Assembly (NCBI GenBank): GCA_965220085.1
Contig: CBDCOZ010000002.1
Coordinates: forward strand, 128,001-192,000
From: Candidatus Oxydemutatoraceae bacterium
GTDB lineage: Bacteria; Pseudomonadota; Gammaproteobacteria; Poriferisulfidales; Oxydemutatoraceae
Length of the DNA: 64,000 nucleotides
Direction of reading: 5' to 3'
Part shown: in pieces, positions 1 through 9,322 of the stretch
How the letters are laid out: every line of letters starts with the position of its first letter
Position numbering within the stretch: position 1 is the stretch's first letter
Program-made: the position numbers and the translations under genes
Notes under the pieces: generated by a model
Database searches by the model: none
What the model was told of the DNA's origin: nothing
The model's input: the letters and a program-made list of their open reading frames with translations, nothing else

Positions 1-587
1 AGTTCATGCAGATGCTGCAGGGACATCTGCTCATTGGGCGTGAGCAGAATGATATTGTTAAGTGGTCTGCCCGCCCGCTCCTGATAACGTTGAAACTGCA
101 AGATATGGGCATGCATGAGCAGTGTCTTGCCGGAACCGGTGGCACTTTGGAAAGCCAGCGTGTGCAAGTCGTCTGGCCTGTATTCCGGCGCATGGCGATA
201 CACACTGTGTCGTATCCTGTTCAAACTGGCGCAGAGCCCCTCCAGGTCATCAAAGTAGCGCGCCAGATAATGCTCGGTAAACAGCAGGGCGAGGTACTGA
301 TAAGGCTTCCACTGCCGCCCGTATTCTTCGCCAATGTGCAGTTCACGGCTGTGCTTTGCTATGTTGGCATCATATTCCGCCACCTGCCCACTACTCAGCT
401 TTGCATGTGCGTGCAGGGGCAACAGTGCCTCACAATATTTGCTGGCATCGCCATCGGTATCTGCTACCACAGTATTTAGCTTGTGCAACATGCCATCCAT
501 GCCATATTGCTCGCCAAACTCATCGCAGATAAAGCGATGCAGGACCAGCCTGTCTTGCAACCGTGGTGGTTGTTTCTGTTTTGGCAT
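1..587 (-). CDS. res: Type III restriction enzyme Res subunit, N-terminal part (runs off the window)
   Basis: Not in the ORF track. ATG at 587 overlaps the upstream TGA. Manual translation gives MPKQKQPPRLQDRLVLHRF...WKPYQYLALLFTEHYLARYF...LAFQSATGSGKTLLMH (helicase motif I). Downstream of mod. Confidence 0.85.
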   Translation of the reverse strand, partial: MPKQKQPPRLQDRLVLHRFICDEFGEQYGMDGMLHKLNTVVADTDGDASKYCEALLPLHAHAKLSSGQVAEYDANIAKHSRELHIGEEYGRQWKPYQYLALLFTEHYLARYFDDLEGLCASLNRIRHSVYRHAPEYRPDDLHTLAFQSATGSGKTLLMHAHILQFQRYQERAGRPLNNIILLTPNEQMSLQHLHE

Positions 588-1495
588 CAGTGACTACTGC
601 CTTGCTGCTGTCTGTGCTTGTTGGTCAGGTAGGCGGCGAATGAAGCGCAGGCACCGTACATGAACAGGGCTTCGTCCAAGCCGACAGATATACTCTTTTC
701 TGACATAGCGTGACGAATACCTGTCCTGCTATTGCTTGTATATCTGTACAATTTTTTAAATGCATCTTTAAGAAATTCATGCTCTAACAAGCCGTCTTTC
801 TCAAGAATATCCAACGCTTGGCCAAGAGATGCCTCTTCCTTTCGCGTGATCTTGCGCGCTACAGATTCAACGGCATGGATACTATCTGCAATGGAATCTC
901 TGTATTGTCGGGTGTCAATATGCTTTGCCGCACCGCGCAGGTGCGTTGACGCCCCGACCATTCCACTTTTGTGCACAGCTTCAACGGCTTTTTGCGTGGC
1001 TTCGCCCGCTTCTTTGCTGGCACGAGGCACAATCTGGTATGGCTTCTTTGACATATCTAGCCAATAAGCTGCTTCATACTTGTCAAGTAAGCTCTTCACC
1101 CAATAAGAGAAAGAATTGATTGCCGTCACTATGTCTGCCCTGCCTATCTTCTCCAACGCGCCCATGTTTACATCCTCATTCGCAACATGCTCAATAAAAT
1201 TGAGAACTTCATTGAACTCTCCTTCCAGAACAGTAGTTTTAAGTGTACGCATAACCTCATCATGGGGTATGGGTATGTGTCTATCATCTACCAATAAGAC
1301 TTCGTTTTTCAGCTTATCCAAAATACGCTTACAAAATTCCTCATGTACATAAGAGGAGTTAATAGGTGGTGCAATCATGAGGCGGAAACAATTCCATATT
1401 TCTTTGCGCAAATCATCGGAAAGGTGCTCCAAGCGCATTGGTTCGGGCAACGGCTCGTAGCCGTATCTTTGCGAGAAAGTCAGTTCCTTTGCCAT
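587..1495 (-). CDS. AbiJ-NTD4-like protein with HEPN-like C-terminus (putative abortive infection)
   Basis: N-terminal FSQRYGY..P...DDLRKEIWN and C-terminal SI.DSIHAVES...LYRYTS...GIRHA pattern; translationally coupled between mod and res. Confidence 0.6.
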   Translation of the reverse strand: MAKELTFSQRYGYEPLPEPMRLEHLSDDLRKEIWNCFRLMIAPPINSSYVHEEFCKRILDKLKNEVLLVDDRHIPIPHDEVMRTLKTTVLEGEFNEVLNFIEHVANEDVNMGALEKIGRADIVTAINSFSYWVKSLLDKYEAAYWLDMSKKPYQIVPRASKEAGEATQKAVEAVHKSGMVGASTHLRGAAKHIDTRQYRDSIADSIHAVESVARKITRKEEASLGQALDILEKDGLLEHEFLKDAFKKLYRYTSNSRTGIRHAMSEKSISVGLDEALFMYGACASFAAYLTNKHRQQQGSSH

Positions 1496-4400
1496 TAGTT
1501 ATTCCTCCCGAACATCAGTTGTCGGAAGGTGGGCTCAATGGGTCTGGCTTCCCAGGTTTTGCCTTTCGGTCGCACGGCGTTAAGGGTGTGGTCGCCATTG
1601 GCATAGACCAAGTCCAACTTGCCGAATGCCTTATGGTTGCTTTTGAGCCACTTGTCCAGTTTGGCGTTGTCCGTCTTCGTCGTGTCGCGCCATAGCACCA
1701 GACAGCGATTGCCTCCGGCATCCGTGCCGACAATGGCCAGAACCCCGTCAGTCATCATGCGCTGCTCCACCCGCAGACCGATAAGGTAGTTAAAAGTCTC
1801 CGGCAGATCGGCGGCCATATTCTCGCGCTCGCCGTCACGCACCACGGACAGCGTATAGTTCCAGGGGTCAAGGAAATCCTTGCCGAGCAGACTGGCACTG
1901 TCCGCCGTCTCTGCTCCCAAAGCGTAGCGAAGCCGATAGTCCTCAGCGAATTTCGAACCGCTGGCAAGCACATCTTGTTGTGCCTCGGTGTGCGGTGTCA
2001 GTTCCAGACCGTCCAGCGTATCCTCGTAGGATTCCAGACGCATATATTTGAAAAACTGCGTGATGCCCTCTCGCGACACCGGCTTACCGTCCTTCCAGTC
2101 TTTGGAATAAACCGCCTTCTTGAGGCGCGGCAACAGCACATCTTCAAAGTGCTCGCCCATCTCCACCAGAATATATTTGCGCCGCCCGCCGTCCTCGCGG
2201 TTGAGATTGATGACCGCATGACCGGTAGTCCCCGATCCCGCAAAGTAGTCCAGTGCAAAATCCGTTTGCCCCAGCCCCGACGCCCGAAGGCAGTCCTCCA
2301 CCAAGCCCAGCGACTTGGGGAAGTCAAACTCTTTGTTACCGAAGAGCTTTTTCAATATCGCGGCGCCTTGATTTGCGGATGCATACTCTGACTTTTCCCA
2401 CCAAGTGATAGGCAATGCGTCCTCATCCATCCGTGTCTTGAAGTCAATGCTAACGCCTCCATTGTCTGTCCGGCGCACGCGGTATTCATTTGGCTCATCT
2501 ATAACCCGCTTATGCCCCCGATGCCAATTTTTTTCAACCTCGTGTTCGCCGTTTTTTCCCAATGGCCAGACAGCAACTTCTTCTTTCTTGGTTTTTTCCA
2601 GAATGTGCCATTCGCCTTTATTGTCGTCCCATTCCATTTTGGGAACGCGCATCTTGTCATTCGGCCCGACATAAATCGGGTAAAACATTGTGGGGCGGTC
2701 TTCCCTTTTGTCGTTGCTTCCGGAGCGAATGAAATTCGCCCATGCAAATCGCCCTTTCTCGTCTTCTGAAGGATAGCGCTTCAGCGCATTTGCAGTTTTT
2801 TCCAAACTCCCTGGAACAGCTTCCTCGGACATTCCCCAGAACATCGCGTATTCATGTGCGGGAGCAAACCGTCCCTTGGTTTTTCGCCCCGCAGGGTTGG
2901 AGCGGACAACCGCAAGCCCTGCCTCTTTTCCAAAAGTGGCTGACAACAAAATTCGCAGAAACGACTGTTCCTCATCATCAATCGCAGCGCACAAGATGCC
3001 GTCAGCGGTCATAAGGTTTGGGGTCAGTTGTAAGCCACCGCCCATCATGGATAGCCAACTGGAGTGCTTGTAGTCGTTCTTGTAAAGAATGGCGGAAGCA
3101 TCCGTGTTATACGGCGGATCAATATAGATGCACTTCACTTGCTGTGCGTAGCGAGTTTGCAACAGGCTGAGTGCCTGAAAGTTCTCGCCGTGTATCAGCA
3201 CGCCGTCCATCTGCTCATCTAGCGGGCCGGTATCGCTCAGTGCAGCTAACAGCTTGTCGGTGAAGCCCCGGCCAAAATGGCGCGTATCCAGCACCAGATA
3301 GGGGTTGGCCTTGAGGAATTCCACAGTCAGCGGTTTGGTTGCCGCCACGCTACCAGCAAGGTCGCCATTAATCTCATCTATGGCAAACAGCCGCACCCAC
3401 TCTTCGCGTTGTGCCTTGTTTTTTGCGATCTGCGCGTACAGGGCTTCGGGAATGCGATCCAGCGTGACGCAGTACTGGGTATCCAACACGAACTTTTTCT
3501 TCAGCCAAAGCTGCTTCTGGAAATTTTCCAGTTGCGCGATGAAGGCGATAATCTTCTTTGCAACATGGCGCGTGGCGCGAACCCGCAGCAGGGTGCGATT
3601 CAACTGCGCTTCATCCCCCAGTGTGATGTCGTCCAAGCTCAGCACTTCGGTGTTCAGATACAGGTCTAGTTCACGCTCCAGAAAGCCACCCAAGTCTTTG
3701 TGGATGAAATAATCAAAACTGTTCCTAGCGGTGTAAGCGGTCAGATGTTTGGCCAGCACGGTGCGTTCAGGGTCGCCCTCGGTGGGCGCAGGCGCAAATA
3801 ACTGCGGGCACTGCTCTGCTAGTTTCTTTTGGATGCGCTCGTGGCTGGCTGCATTGATTTTGCCCTGTTGCCCGCCACCATTGCCATTGCCATTGCCATT
3901 GCCATTGCCATTGCCGTTGCCCGGCCATGTTTTCTTTTCGCTAGCCTTCAGGGGGCGGTGCTCAAAGCGGATGATGATGTCGTCACCATCTTCTTCCACC
4001 GCTGGCTTCTTCTCACCCCTCCCATCGGATAGCACAAAGCGCCGCTGCTTGCCATTGGTCGCCTTGATGTTGTCCTTCTCGTTATCGGCCTTGGTCGTTT
4101 CCAACCGGATGCGCTGCCTGCTCTTGCCCTCGCCCACCGTGAAAATGTACGAGGCATAGTTCTCAGTGGTCTTGATGTAGTACTGATCGGCATTCGCCCA
4201 ATGCAGTTTGACATCCTCGCCGTCGTAGGGAACGAGGTAGTTGGACTTGCCCCCGGAATAGCGGCGCAGGGACATGAAGTCCCCCTCGCTGTAATAGCGG
4301 GCAAAGAAGTTGCCCAGATGGTTATAGACATCGGCCTCCACCGCGTTATCCTTGCGCGCTTCGGCTATCTGGTGACGCAGGTTTTTGACCATGTCGGTAT

Positions 4401-4671
4401 CTTCGGGGTTGACACCGCCCAGTTTCCTGACCGTCTCCAGCGTTTCCTTCAGTTGCTGTTCCAGTTTGGCCAACTTGTCGGCGGCATTGTTGTCCAAAGT
4501 GGACGATACCTGCGGTAACAGTTCCTTGTCCAGAAACTTTTCTATCTCGGCAGCCTTGAGACTCATGATGCGGTATAACCCGAAGTCCAAATCACCACGA
4601 TCGAGCTGGAACATCTGCCGGAGCAGGTTCTTCAGAATGTCGATCTTGTCTTGTTTCGCTAAATTGCTCAT
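1495..4671 (-). CDS. mod: Type III RM methyltransferase (Mod)
   Basis: MFQLDRGDLDFGLYRIM N-terminus, IYIDPPYNT (motif IV) before DYFAGSGTTGHAV (motif I); 1058 aa. Confidence 0.92.
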   Translation of the reverse strand: MSNLAKQDKIDILKNLLRQMFQLDRGDLDFGLYRIMSLKAAEIEKFLDKELLPQVSSTLDNNAADKLAKLEQQLKETLETVRKLGGVNPEDTDMVKNLRHQIAEARKDNAVEADVYNHLGNFFARYYSEGDFMSLRRYSGGKSNYLVPYDGEDVKLHWANADQYYIKTTENYASYIFTVGEGKSRQRIRLETTKADNEKDNIKATNGKQRRFVLSDGRGEKKPAVEEDGDDIIIRFEHRPLKASEKKTWPGNGNGNGNGNGNGNGGGQQGKINAASHERIQKKLAEQCPQLFAPAPTEGDPERTVLAKHLTAYTARNSFDYFIHKDLGGFLERELDLYLNTEVLSLDDITLGDEAQLNRTLLRVRATRHVAKKIIAFIAQLENFQKQLWLKKKFVLDTQYCVTLDRIPEALYAQIAKNKAQREEWVRLFAIDEINGDLAGSVAATKPLTVEFLKANPYLVLDTRHFGRGFTDKLLAALSDTGPLDEQMDGVLIHGENFQALSLLQTRYAQQVKCIYIDPPYNTDASAILYKNDYKHSSWLSMMGGGLQLTPNLMTADGILCAAIDDEEQSFLRILLSATFGKEAGLAVVRSNPAGRKTKGRFAPAHEYAMFWGMSEEAVPGSLEKTANALKRYPSEDEKGRFAWANFIRSGSNDKREDRPTMFYPIYVGPNDKMRVPKMEWDDNKGEWHILEKTKKEEVAVWPLGKNGEHEVEKNWHRGHKRVIDEPNEYRVRRTDNGGVSIDFKTRMDEDALPITWWEKSEYASANQGAAILKKLFGNKEFDFPKSLGLVEDCLRASGLGQTDFALDYFAGSGTTGHAVINLNREDGGRRKYILVEMGEHFEDVLLPRLKKAVYSKDWKDGKPVSREGITQFFKYMRLESYEDTLDGLELTPHTEAQQDVLASGSKFAEDYRLRYALGAETADSASLLGKDFLDPWNYTLSVVRDGERENMAADLPETFNYLIGLRVEQRMMTDGVLAIVGTDAGGNRCLVLWRDTTKTDNAKLDKWLKSNHKAFGKLDLVYANGDHTLNAVRPKGKTWEARPIEPTFRQLMFGRNN
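3878..3919 (-). repeat. In-frame hexamer repeat in mod encoding (GN)7
   Basis: (CCATTG)6 followed by CCGTTG on the + strand. Confidence 0.95.
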
Positions 4672-5130
4672 GCAGATATTTCTTATAAGTTAGTGGTGGC
4701 GCCGTTCGTCAACATCGGTCACCGTTATCGTCAGCGTCAACATGCAGACACTTCTTATCAGTTAGCGGTTGATGCCGTCTTAAAAGTGTTGAAGGAAGCG
4801 CTAGGGACGGATTATAGCAAATAGGCGCGGCAAGTCTCCCAACAAAGGTTGGAAAAGGCTGGAAATTTCTTAGCAAAGTATCTCGGTGTAACTCTATGTA
4901 GCAGAGCAGGGTTATAACATCACTCTTCAGGTCTGGTCAGTGACCCTGAAAAGTGTTTCTGATTTTTCAGTTGCGATATAGTTGCATATCGCCGTGCAGA
5001 TGCTACTGAGTGGGATAGGGAGTTAATGGGTATCCGTAGCTTATGTTTTGTCATTGGCAGGCATCCTTTGACTTTCATAAGCTTTTCTTGGATTACACGG
5101 TTAAGAGAAGGTTACAAACCTACCCGAAAC

Positions 5131-6054
5131 TCATTTCCCTATCTTTATGCTTTTGGCAAGTAGTAAGAGCTTTGGAATGTGCCTTCGTTGATCGGGTGGG
5201 ACCCAATCAATTTTTTCTCCACAAAAGTACCCGTCCCTTACAGACCATTTTGATTCTCCGCCAATGCTATATCGCCCCATCCAATCTCCTCTAATAGAAT
5301 CATAAAACTCCATGCGTCCGTTAAGGGCAGTGAACACAGGTGGTTTTTCATCAAGGAGTGCCTTGTCAAATACACTTTCCATATACTGCGGATGTACAGC
5401 GTCTTTCATGTTGTTGTATAAAGAGTCTAGTGCCTTGTGTAGAACAAAAGCACCATACCCTTTTGGAGGGCTGTCATTAGAGTACGCCTGCACTGGAACA
5501 GGAATAGCAGCTACTCCGAAAAATAAATTCATGACTGGCGTACTCGATTTTTCACCTGTTCTTTCATGCTTAACTCGAGGGGCCGATAGCCAAACATGGC
5601 AAAACAATACGCCGCGCCTCTCAACACCTCCAATGATGGACATTATCGCCTTATCTGCGTAATCCGAAACATTCTCTAAACAAAATAATGCGCCCAGTGT
5701 GTTGCCTATGCGAACAATTTTCGAAAAAGCTTTTTGGAATACTCTGGTATTCACTAAGTGAACTTCATCATTGTTTTTTGTCTCGCGGTATATCAAGCGA
5801 GCCGTTTCCACGCGACGGGGGAAGGAAACGGCATAAATAATCATGCGGCGAGAAAAAAGCCCCACAGCTAATAAAGATACAATATAAACAGGATTAATCT
5901 TGTAAGCAGGTAGATCGAAAACAAACCACCGTAAAACAAACCACAGCGGAGTTAAGGCAATCACTACAATTAAAAGTACTATGGTAGCGACAGTAGCGGT
6001 TCCTAACCACCCCATTTCGTTGCCATTTTCAGAACTACTATTAAAGGTTTTCAT
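5131..6054 (-). CDS. Hypothetical membrane protein
   Basis: 307-aa ORF, two N-terminal hydrophobic segments, AT-rich relative to the core genes. Confidence 0.6.
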   Translation of the reverse strand: MKTFNSSSENGNEMGWLGTATVATIVLLIVVIALTPLWFVLRWFVFDLPAYKINPVYIVSLLAVGLFSRRMIIYAVSFPRRVETARLIYRETKNNDEVHLVNTRVFQKAFSKIVRIGNTLGALFCLENVSDYADKAIMSIIGGVERRGVLFCHVWLSAPRVKHERTGEKSSTPVMNLFFGVAAIPVPVQAYSNDSPPKGYGAFVLHKALDSLYNNMKDAVHPQYMESVFDKALLDEKPPVFTALNGRMEFYDSIRGDWMGRYSIGGESKWSVRDGYFCGEKIDWVPPDQRRHIPKLLLLAKSIKIGK

Positions 6055-6082
6055 TGCCTAATTCGTATTCGGACGAGCGTAT

Positions 6083-6189
6083 AACTTTGCCATCGCTACG
6101 GTGCGATTGTCAAATAGGGGGAAAGCCGTTTTCTCGATGCCCACAGCAACAGCAATCCCGGAACAGCCATCACCGCTGTCAGGACAAAG
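6083..6189 (-). repeat. Copy of ampG 3' end (att-like direct repeat)
   Basis: 107 bp, near-identical to 11448-11554 and 10413-10519. Confidence 0.9.
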
Positions 6190-6220
6190 GGATGCAAAAA
6201 GACTAGGGCAAAGTTGGGAG

Positions 6221-6460
6221 CTATTTTTTGCGCAGCGTGTAGACAAGCAAAGACAGAATGCCGCTAAGTCCCACAGCGGGCCAGCCCTGATCATGATACA
6301 GGCTAAAGGCAATTAGCCCGATGGCAACTATGATGATAACAAACCCAAGCCATTGCCCTCGTTTTTGTGCAGTATAGCTTTGGCTGATGATTTCTTCCGC
6401 TAAGTTGATGCGTTTCTGTTGTTCTACTTCGGCCATATGTAAGATGCGCTCGGCCGCAAC
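6221..6460 (-). pseudogene. DUF2335 family membrane protein, 5'-truncated at the MITE
   Basis: AAERILHMAEVEQQKR...QKRGQW plus two TM segments; paralog of 10543-10992; homology stops at the MITE end at 6461. Confidence 0.8.
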
Positions 6461-6600
6461 TGAATAATGCCAGAAACATTCTGGATTCCCGGCATCAACA
6501 AAAAACATAGCCGACATGCAATACTATGGACTGAAGCTTCAAGTACCCATGACACACACAACATTTGTCCCATGTGTCCAATATGTCATGGCATCATACA
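6461..6600 (+). mobile_element. 140-bp MITE-like deletion derivative of the IS481-like element
   Basis: Starts TGAATAATGCCAGAAACATTCTGGA (IS left end) and ends CCAATATGTCATGGCATCATACA (IS right end); no TSD visible. Confidence 0.8.
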
Positions 6601-6758
6601 AGCTCTTTTGATTTTAGTGATTGCTTGGTACAATCCCCGTTTAATCTGGTTGGGGGTGCCCGTTTGCCATTGCAGCTAACCAGTCATCTAAAAGGAGTAG
6701 TTAAGCAATCGTTTCGTGTCCTGTCGGCTTTCCAAAGCCGTGGAACAGATACAAGACC

Positions 6759-7868
6759 ATGGGAAACAGAGAAAAAGTTGTCATTGTGGTTGGGGCAGGA
6801 TCGACCTACTCGGACGGATTGCGGTGCCCAATTGAGTTTCGCCCTCCCCTCAATATGGGGTTTTTTAGCAATTGCAAGAAAGATATGGAGTTATCTGATT
6901 CCTTAGACAAGGTGAGGAAATCCCTTATCAGGCTGTACGGTGTGGACCCGCTTGTTGAGAGTAACGACAATTTGGAAAGTATTTTGGTGAAAGTTCACTC
7001 CGATTTGCTTTGTCTTGGTACTCATGCATCCGGACGCGGGGATATTGAAGAGGTATTCAGGAACTTGGTCTTCCTCCTAAACAGCAGAATGGCCCATACC
7101 ACTAACGAATTAGAGCCTACTAAGCACTCTAATATCAGAAAGATACTCTCCCTGTATTTGAACAAAACGGATTTTACACCGCAAGACCTTTGTTTCGTCA
7201 CATTCAATTATGACCTGCACATAGAGAGGAATCTTGAGAAAATGGATAGCCTTCAGATGTACGGTTCACATAAGGGAACCATTTTCAACTTTCCTTACTT
7301 GTACGGGTTGGGAGAAGACATTCGGGTAACCAATCCTCGTAGCGGCCCCACATTCGCCGAAGCGGAATCTTCCCGCAAGGGCAGGATTGCTCTGTTGAAG
7401 TTACACGGTTCTCTGAATTGGTATTCTAGTCACACTTCATCAAAGCCTTCCTACAACGCTCTGTGTAATGCTGAAAGGACAATCCGCGTGACTTCCAGAC
7501 AAGTGGTGAATCCTGACATGTACATCAAGAGAGGAAAAAAGAGATGGACGACATACCCGGTAGTTGTTCCTCCGATTATTGGCAAAGCTGCCGTTTTTCA
7601 TCAGCGCATTAAGAAAGTCTGGGCGGCGGCGCGGCACCATCTCAGTACTGCAACGGAAGTTGTGATTTTTGGCTACTCGTTTCCGTCAGGGGACTATGAG
7701 AGCGTAAACATGCTCGAGAATGCGGTCGGGAAAAACGAACACTGCCGCCATGTCCGGATAATAAACCCAGACCCCTCTGTGGTACTCAGGATGGGATTAA
7801 TCCCAAAGAACAAGCCGATAACGTTATTTCCCGATGCCAAGTCATTTCTTGCGACCCGCGCCCGATAA
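6759..7868 (+). CDS. SIR2-like (SIR2_2) domain protein, putative anti-phage NADase
   Basis: Motifs VIVVGAGST, FVTFNYD, LLKLHGSLNW, VIFGYSF. Confidence 0.85.
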   Translation: MGNREKVVIVVGAGSTYSDGLRCPIEFRPPLNMGFFSNCKKDMELSDSLDKVRKSLIRLYGVDPLVESNDNLESILVKVHSDLLCLGTHASGRGDIEEVFRNLVFLLNSRMAHTTNELEPTKHSNIRKILSLYLNKTDFTPQDLCFVTFNYDLHIERNLEKMDSLQMYGSHKGTIFNFPYLYGLGEDIRVTNPRSGPTFAEAESSRKGRIALLKLHGSLNWYSSHTSSKPSYNALCNAERTIRVTSRQVVNPDMYIKRGKKRWTTYPVVVPPIIGKAAVFHQRIKKVWAAARHHLSTATEVVIFGYSFPSGDYESVNMLENAVGKNEHCRHVRIINPDPSVVLRMGLIPKNKPITLFPDAKSFLATRAR

Positions 7869-7876
7869 CCTTCGTC

Positions 7877-7902
7877 CCGCCTGTGTGGAAACACCGGCGG
7901 GG
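7877..7902. terminator. GC hairpin between convergent genes
   Basis: CCCGCC-T-GTGT-GGAA-ACAC-C-GGCGGG; no U tract. Confidence 0.35.
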
Positions 7903-7921
7903 CTATGCTACGGCGAATCCG

Positions 7922-8182
7922 TCAGTCTCGCATTGCCGCGTTGACAGACTTGTTGTCTACCCTGACATGGGCGACAGATCTGCCGTGCTTATCGCGGGCT
8001 AACGTTTGAATTATGACCTGCTTGTTTTTAATGAGGCCCGACAGTTTCTTTTTTGCGTTGGCAGCGTCGCGTTGCCCCATCTCCGAAGCATACACGTTAG
8101 CTAAGCGGACCGGATGTTTCCGACTCGCCGTTTTGAAAGTGTCGCCGCCAATGATTTCTGTAACTATTTCTTTTCTGCGCAT
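7922..8182 (-). CDS. Small thermonuclease (SNase)-like protein, possibly inactive
   Basis: IIGGDTF, VRLANVYASE, DKHGRSVAHV..VNAAM; the usual Asp positions of DGDT and DAPE are substituted. GGAGGG RBS upstream. Confidence 0.7.
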   Translation of the reverse strand: MRRKEIVTEIIGGDTFKTASRKHPVRLANVYASEMGQRDAANAKKKLSGLIKNKQVIIQTLARDKHGRSVAHVRVDNKSVNAAMRD

Positions 8183-8365
8183 AGCACCCTCCTGTGTTTC
8201 TGTATTGATTTAAAATTATGGTCAATATTATGAACGGTTGAAATTATAGCAGGGTTTTGAAAATGATCGGAGAGACTCGGGCTTGTCATGTTCCGCCGAG
8301 TAGCTCAAGCACCGGCATTACGGATTGTTGCCGAAGGCTGAACACAGTCCGTAGTGTGTTTCCCG

Positions 8366-9266
8366 CTACCGCAGCGGGCCTTCCAGAAAAAGACGCAGCC
8401 GCAAGCGCAGGGCGTCAGGCGCTATGGCAAAGGTGATGGTGGCGGGGTTGTCGCTGTACAGCAACGCTCCGCTCGTTTGTCCGGCAGGAGCGGCGCCAAC
8501 CTTGAATCTGAAACTGGCATAGTTGGCATCGGGCATGGCGGTGCCGGGCAGTCTGTATGCAAATGTGGGTATACTGTTGCCTTCCAACTGAATCCCCCTG
8601 CCACTGATCAATCTCACATCAAGATTTTCTTGCAGTATTCGTCCCCCGTTAGTTTCAAGCGTGCCGTTGGCGGGCAAGGTTAGAATTTCCAGAGCGGTAA
8701 GAACATCGCCATCCTCATCTTCGAACGGAAAGTCGGTCGTCTTGAAGCGGTAGAAGGTAGTGCCCGGCGCTATGTAAATGGTGTTGTCCAGTGAAACCGG
8801 GGCATCATCGACATTGGCCACGGCGGTGGCTATCTGCAGGCATCGCTCCTCGTCATTGTTGGCATTGTCTCGAAAGCGCACGCAAATCTGCAGAAACTTG
8901 CCGACATGGGCCTGCAAGGGGGTGAAAGTAGGCGCGAGGGGGTGAACGGGAGTGTAGGCGCCGCCATGGGTGTCGGCCTGGCTCCAGATCCAGGTTGTGG
9001 AACCGAGGTCGGTGGTTGGCGTATTGTCCGGGTCTTCTATGGTGCCTTGGGTTGCGGTGATGGCGGAGTCTTCGGTGGGCGCGTTTAGGTTGCCGACATA
9101 GGTGACGGTTGGCATACCGGTGGCCGGATTGTTCTGCGCCTGCGCCTGAGTGGCTAGGATACAAAACGCGAGCAGGCAGAGTGCGCTACTCGCTACCCGC
9201 CGGTTACACGCATAGGGCGGGGGGGGGGGGGGGGGGGGGGGGGGTATTATAAACTTGTTGGTTCAT
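8366..9266 (-). CDS. Secreted Ig/cadherin-like protein ending LRLRLRLFLEGPLR; frameshifted in a poly-G tract as assembled
   Basis: AGGAG RBS and ATG at 9266 (MNQQVYNTPPP), G26 tract, then in another frame a signal peptide RRVASSALCLLAFCILATQAQA continuous with ORF 8366-9115 (DFPFEDEDGD cadherin-like motif). Confidence 0.8.
9219..9244 (+). repeat. Poly-G tract (26 nt)
   Basis: Direct count of the G run. Confidence 0.9.
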
Positions 9267-9322
9267 ATCTATTCTCCTATTCTTGGACATTCTGTTGCTT
9301 GGTGGCGTAGCAAATGTAGCCG

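Noticed and set aside
6-663. Plus-strand ORFs 6-479 and 334-663
   Set aside because: Antisense shadows of the res gene, which carries recognisable helicase motifs on the minus strand.
3878-3919. ON/OFF phasevarion switch in mod
   Set aside because: The repeat unit is 6 bp, so slippage keeps the reading frame.
4973-4992. GCGATAT-n6-ATATCGC inverted repeat as an operator
   Set aside because: Single 7-bp inverted repeat with no second copy or cognate regulator nearby; could be chance.
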